This document shows positions 56,239-64,000 of a DNA stretch of 64,000 nt, piece by piece. The notes below the pieces were generated by a model, which saw nothing but the letters and a program-made list of their open reading frames with translations, did not search any database and had not been told where the DNA came from. Each line of letters starts with the position of its first letter. The stretch's first letter is position 1. The stretch lies in NCBI RefSeq assembly GCF_988242995.1, contig NZ_OZ547043.1, one strand, 5' to 3'. A program made the position numbers and the translations under genes.

Positions 56239-57444
56239 ATGTCATGGCAGCAATTCAAACACGCCTGGTTGATTAAATTCTGGGCACCCATCCCTGCGGT
56301 CATCGCGGCGGGTATTCTCTCCACTTACTATTTTGGCATTACTGGCACCTTTTGGGCTGTCACGGGTGAATTTACCCGTTGGGGCGGCCAGCTCCTGCAG
56401 CTGTTTGGCGTCCATGCTGAAGAGTGGGGTTATTTTAAAATTATCCATCTGGAAGGATCGCCATTAACCCGCATCGACGGGATGATGATCCTCGGCATGT
56501 TTGGCGGCTGCTTTGCCGCAGCGCTGTGGGCCAACAATGTCAAACTGCGCATGCCACGCAGCCGTATCCGCATTATGCAGGCCATTATTGGCGGTATTAT
56601 CGCTGGTTTTGGCGCGCGTCTGGCAATGGGCTGTAACCTGGCGGCGTTCTTTACCGGTATTCCTCAGTTCTCGCTGCATGCCTGGTTCTTTGCCATCGCC
56701 ACTGCCATTGGTTCATGGTTTGGCGCACGCTTTACCCTGCTGCCCATCTTCCGTATTCCCGTGAAAATGCAGAAAGTTTCTGCCGCCTCACCGCTGACGC
56801 AAAAACCGGATCAGGCGCGGCGTCGTTTTCGTCTCGGGATGCTGGTCTTTTTCGGTATGCTGGGCTGGGCGCTGCTCACGGCGATGAACCAACCAAAACT
56901 GGGGCTGGCAATGCTGTTTGGCGTCGGCTTTGGTTTACTGATTGAACGTGCGCAAATCTGCTTTACTTCGGCGTTCCGCGATATGTGGATCACCGGACGT
57001 ACCCATATGGCGAAAGCAATCATTATCGGTATGGCGGTGAGTGCCATCGGGATCTTCAGTTACGTACAGTTAGGCGTTGAACCCAAAATCATGTGGGCGG
57101 GACCAAACGCGGTAATTGGTGGTTTACTGTTTGGTTTTGGCATCGTGCTGGCAGGCGGCTGCGAAACCGGCTGGATGTACCGCGCGGTAGAAGGCCAGGT
57201 GCACTACTGGTGGGTCGGTCTGGGCAATGTGATCGGCTCGACGATTCTGGCGTATTACTGGGATGATTTCGCTCCGGCGCTGGCCACCGACTGGGACAAA
57301 ATCAACCTGCTGAAAACCTTTGGCCCGATGGGTGGCCTGCTGGTGACATATTTGCTGTTGTTTACTGCGCTGATGTTGATTATCGGCTGGGAAAAACGCT
57401 TCTTCCGCCGTGCGGCACCGCAGACTGCTAAGGAGATCGCATGA
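56239..57444 (+). CDS. yedE: YedE/YeeE-family inner membrane transporter (selenium/thiosulfate-related), 401 aa
   Basis: ORF track; polytopic membrane protein; translationally coupled to yedF. Confidence 0.9.
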   Translation: MSWQQFKHAWLIKFWAPIPAVIAAGILSTYYFGITGTFWAVTGEFTRWGGQLLQLFGVHAEEWGYFKIIHLEGSPLTRIDGMMILGMFGGCFAAALWANNVKLRMPRSRIRIMQAIIGGIIAGFGARLAMGCNLAAFFTGIPQFSLHAWFFAIATAIGSWFGARFTLLPIFRIPVKMQKVSAASPLTQKPDQARRRFRLGMLVFFGMLGWALLTAMNQPKLGLAMLFGVGFGLLIERAQICFTSAFRDMWITGRTHMAKAIIIGMAVSAIGIFSYVQLGVEPKIMWAGPNAVIGGLLFGFGIVLAGGCETGWMYRAVEGQVHYWWVGLGNVIGSTILAYYWDDFAPALATDWDKINLLKTFGPMGGLLVTYLLLFTALMLIIGWEKRFFRRAAPQTAKEIA

Positions 57445-57674
57445 AAAATATCGTTCCTGATTACCGCCTTGATATGGTGGGTGAACCCTGCCCTTATCCG
57501 GCAGTCGCAACTCTTGAGGCGATGCCGCAGTTAAAAAAAGGGGAAATCCTGGAAGTGGTGAGCGACTGTCCACAGTCGATCAATAATATTCCACTGGATG
57601 CGCGTAATCACGGCTATACGGTGCTGGATATTCAGCAAGACGGGCCGACCATTCGTTATTTAATTCAGAAGTAA
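57441..57674 (+). CDS. yedF: TusA-like sulfurtransferase-fold protein YedF (77 aa)
   Basis: ORF track; conserved CPxP motif (EPCPYP). Confidence 0.9.
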   Translation: MKNIVPDYRLDMVGEPCPYPAVATLEAMPQLKKGEILEVVSDCPQSINNIPLDARNHGYTVLDIQQDGPTIRYLIQK

Positions 57675-57780
57675 TCCCTCATTCCCGCTGTGGCCCACAG
57701 CGGGAACATCGTTGCCTCTGACACATAGATTTTACCCGCCCCCTCTCCTATTCTTTTCAGTATGATCTCAGGAGGTTTCT

Positions 57781-58449
57781 ATGTGTGGACGCTTTGCCCA
57801 ATCCCAAACGCGTGAAGATTACCTTGCGCTTCTCGCGGAAGATATTGAACGCGATATTCCCTACGATCCCGAACCCATTGGCAGATACAACGTCGCGCCG
57901 GGAACCAAAGTTCTTCTGCTCAGTGAACGTGATGAACACCTTCATCTGGATCCGGTTTTCTGGGGATATGCTCCCGGATGGTGGGATAAACCGCCGCTGA
58001 TTAACGCCCGCGTAGAAACTGCGGCCACCAGTCGTATGTTTAAACCGCTCTGGCAACATGGTCGGGCAATCTGTTTTGCCGATGGCTGGTTTGAGTGGAA
58101 AAAAGAAGGCGACAAAAAACAGCCTTATTTTATCTATCGCGCTGATGGACAACCTGTTTTTATGGCCGCGATAGGTAGCACACCGTTTGAGCGCGGTGAC
58201 GAAGCCGAAGGATTTTTAATTGTCACTGCAGCAGCAGACCAGGGTCTGGTAGATATTCATGACCGCCGCCCGCTGGTTCTGTCGCCAGAAGCTGCACAGG
58301 AATGGATGCGGCAAGAGATTGGCGGTAAAGAAGCATCAGAAATTGCTACCAACGGCTGTGTGCCAGCAAACCAGTTCACCTGGCACCCGGTATCGCGCGC
58401 GGTGGGTAATATCAAAAACCAGGGAGCGGAGTTAATTCAACCGGTTTGA
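57781..58449 (+). CDS. yedK: SOS-response-associated peptidase (SRAP) YedK, abasic-site DNA-protein crosslinking enzyme (222 aa)
   Basis: ORF track; N-terminal MCGRF with catalytic Cys2. Confidence 0.92.
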   Translation: MCGRFAQSQTREDYLALLAEDIERDIPYDPEPIGRYNVAPGTKVLLLSERDEHLHLDPVFWGYAPGWWDKPPLINARVETAATSRMFKPLWQHGRAICFADGWFEWKKEGDKKQPYFIYRADGQPVFMAAIGSTPFERGDEAEGFLIVTAAADQGLVDIHDRRPLVLSPEAAQEWMRQEIGGKEASEIATNGCVPANQFTWHPVSRAVGNIKNQGAELIQPV

Positions 58450-58843
58450 TAAGCCAGGAGACTATTGATCAATAATACTGCGTCATAAGAAATCTCTATT
58501 AGACAATAGTAGACGCTCCTTCCACATGCGCCACAAGAAACCTCTATTCCAGTGACACAATTACGCCTGATTATTTCCCTAGCCCGGAATATGAATAAAA
58601 ACATCAACAAAGATTAAATTATTCAAACGTTACTGTTGCGTCTGCGGTCGTAGCAACATCCGACGTGGTGATGAGTGTTAAAAGAGACACTCTGATGTTC
58701 AGAGGGGTTATCGCGTTTACGGATCGTGGATGGCAGAAAACTTTCAGGATCAGGTATCCATTTTAAACCAGAAATTGAGTGAGTTTGCCCCATCCATGCC
58801 CCAAGCGGTGAGATTGGAAGTAATTAACAACAGGTTACAAAAC

Positions 58844-59158
58844 CTACACCTGCATGGACATCACTTCCTGATACGCCGCCACCAGCTTATTACGCACCTG
58901 AATCCCCATTTGCATAGAAACTGAGGCTTTTTGCATATCGGTCATCACATCGTTTAACGCCACGCCGGGTTCACCGAGGGTGAATTTTTCTGCCTGCGTG
59001 CGGGCAGCTGTTTGTGTATCGCTAATGCGATCGAGCGCGGCGTGCAGCTGCCCGGCAAAACTAATGGTCGGTTGCGGCAGTGAATCCTGCGCACGCGCAC
59101 TCATCGCCGTAGCCTGTAACTGGCTGATAACCCCTTCAATCCCCTGTATCGCTGACAT
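58844..59158 (-). CDS. fliE: flagellar hook-basal body protein FliE (104 aa)
   Basis: ORF track 58844..59188; start set at [10 protein letters not shown]. Confidence 0.93.
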
Positions 59159-59372
59159 TTTCGTCTCCTGGATAATTTCTGGTAACAAAGCCTACCAGTA
59201 AGTCAATAAGATAAAGGCGCTAAATAACAACAAAAAAACGGGTTTATTGGCGGATAGAAAAAAACGAAAGCACAAATAATGGCAGCGTCAATTTTTCGAG
59301 TTTGCTGACCCGGGAGTGAGTCTTGTTCCACTTTGCCAATAACGCCGTCCATAATCAGCCACGAGGTGCGCG

Positions 59373-62697
<3,325 letters not shown>

Positions 62698-62698
<1 letters not shown>

Positions 62699-64000
62699 TG
62701 ACCACGCGCCTGACTCGCTGGCTAACCACGCTGGATAACTTTGAAGCCAAAATGGCGCAGTTGCCTGCGGTACGTCGCTACGGGCGATTAACTCGCGCTA
62801 CCGGGCTGGTGCTGGAAGCCACCGGATTACAATTGCCGCTCGGCGCAACCTGTGTCATTGAGCGCCAGAACGGCAGCGAAACGCACGAAGTAGAAAGCGA
62901 AGTCGTTGGCTTTAACGGTCAACGGCTGTTTTTAATGCCGCTGGAGGAAGTCGAAGGTGTCCTGCCCGGCGCGCGTGTTTATGCCAAAAACATTTCGGCA
63001 GAAGGGCTGCAAAGCGGCAAGCAGTTGCCGCTCGGTCCGGCGTTATTAGGTCGTGTTCTGGACGGCAGCGGTAAACCGCTCGATGGCCTCCCCTCCCCCG
63101 ATACGACGGAAACCGGTGCGCTGATTACCCCACCATTTAACCCGTTGCAACGTACACCGATTGAACATGTGCTGGACACCGGCGTGCGCCCAATCAATGC
63201 CCTGCTTACCGTTGGGCGTGGGCAGCGTATGGGGCTGTTTGCCGGGTCCGGCGTTGGTAAAAGTGTGCTGCTGGGGATGATGGCACGTTACACCCGCGCC
63301 GATGTCATTGTCGTGGGTTTGATTGGTGAACGCGGACGCGAAGTAAAAGATTTTATTGAGAATATCCTCGGTGCCGAAGGGCGTGCACGCTCCGTGGTGA
63401 TTGCCGCTCCGGCGGATGTCTCTCCGCTTCTGCGAATGCAAGGTGCCGCCTATGCCACGCGAATTGCCGAAGATTTTCGCGATCGTGGTCAGCATGTGTT
63501 GCTGATTATGGACTCCCTCACCCGCTACGCGATGGCCCAGCGTGAAATTGCGCTGGCGATTGGCGAACCACCTGCCACTAAAGGTTATCCACCGTCGGTG
63601 TTTGCCAAATTACCGGCACTGGTCGAGCGTGCCGGAAATGGAATTAGCGGCGGCGGCTCGATTACCGCGTTTTATACCGTGCTCACCGAAGGCGATGACC
63701 AGCAGGACCCCATTGCCGACTCTGCGCGGGCAATCCTCGACGGTCACATTGTGCTGTCTCGCCGACTGGCGGAAGCCGGGCACTATCCGGCTATCGATAT
63801 TGAAGCGTCGATCAGCCGCGCAATGACGGCGTTGATCAGTGAGCAACATTACGCGCGAGTGCGCACCTTCAAACAGCTGTTGTCGAGTTTTCAGCGTAAC
63901 CGCGATCTGGTTAGCGTCGGCGCGTATGCCAAAGGCAGCGATCCGATGCTCGACAAAGCCATCGCCCTGTGGCCGCAGCTGGAGGGCTATTTGCAACAAG
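62698..64000 (+). CDS. fliI: flagellar export ATPase FliI, N-terminal about 434 codons (3' end beyond window)
   Basis: ATG at 62698 overlapping fliH stop; hand translation [11 protein letters not shown]...; Walker A GSGVGKS near 63245; open to window end. Confidence 0.93.

Noticed and set aside
57676-57708. Hairpin tcccgctgtgg-cc-cacagcggga after yedF as a terminator
   Set aside because: Stem is clear but is followed by aacatcg rather than a T-tract; could be a REP-like palindrome or rho-dependent site; not called as an intrinsic terminator.
58730-58924. 64-aa plus-strand ORF overlapping the 3' end of fliE
   Set aside because: Overlaps fliE on the opposite strand; His/Leu-rich, no RBS; rejected as a candidate cargo gene at the yedK-fliE junction.

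Overview
This window reads as a contiguous Escherichia coli chromosomal segment with K-12-like synteny, running from yecE/yecN/cmoAB through the flhBAE–cheZYBR–tap–tar–cheWA–motBA–flhCD flagellar/chemotaxis block, the otsBA, araFGH, ferritin, tyrP and tRNA (leuZ-cysT-glyW) loci, uvrYC, sdiA, the tcy cystine transporter genes, and fliAZ–fliC–fliDST–amyA–yedDEFK–fliEFGHI (fliI truncated at the window end). Gene calls rest on the supplied ORF track, recognition of the encoded proteins from memory, visible motifs, and hand-located RNA genes, promoters and terminators; no database search was possible. I do not see a coherent novel or undescribed biological system: every sizeable ORF is accounted for by a well-known gene, there is no CRISPR array, no prophage and no defence island. 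The points that depart from the K-12 reference picture are: (1) an in-frame TAA stop inside torZ; (2) an IS200-type insertion with intact tnpA between fliA and fliC, directly abutting the fliC terminator; (3) a compact yedK–fliE junction with no room for the K-12 yedL–yedN–yedM–intG segment; (4) an IS-free flhDC upstream region with its CRP site visible; (5) a flagellin whose central domain does not match the K-12 sequence as I recall it. Embedded regulatory RNAs (MicL in cutC, MotR at the flhC/motA junction, AzuC) and sigma28 promoters are located by motif and are inference-level calls.
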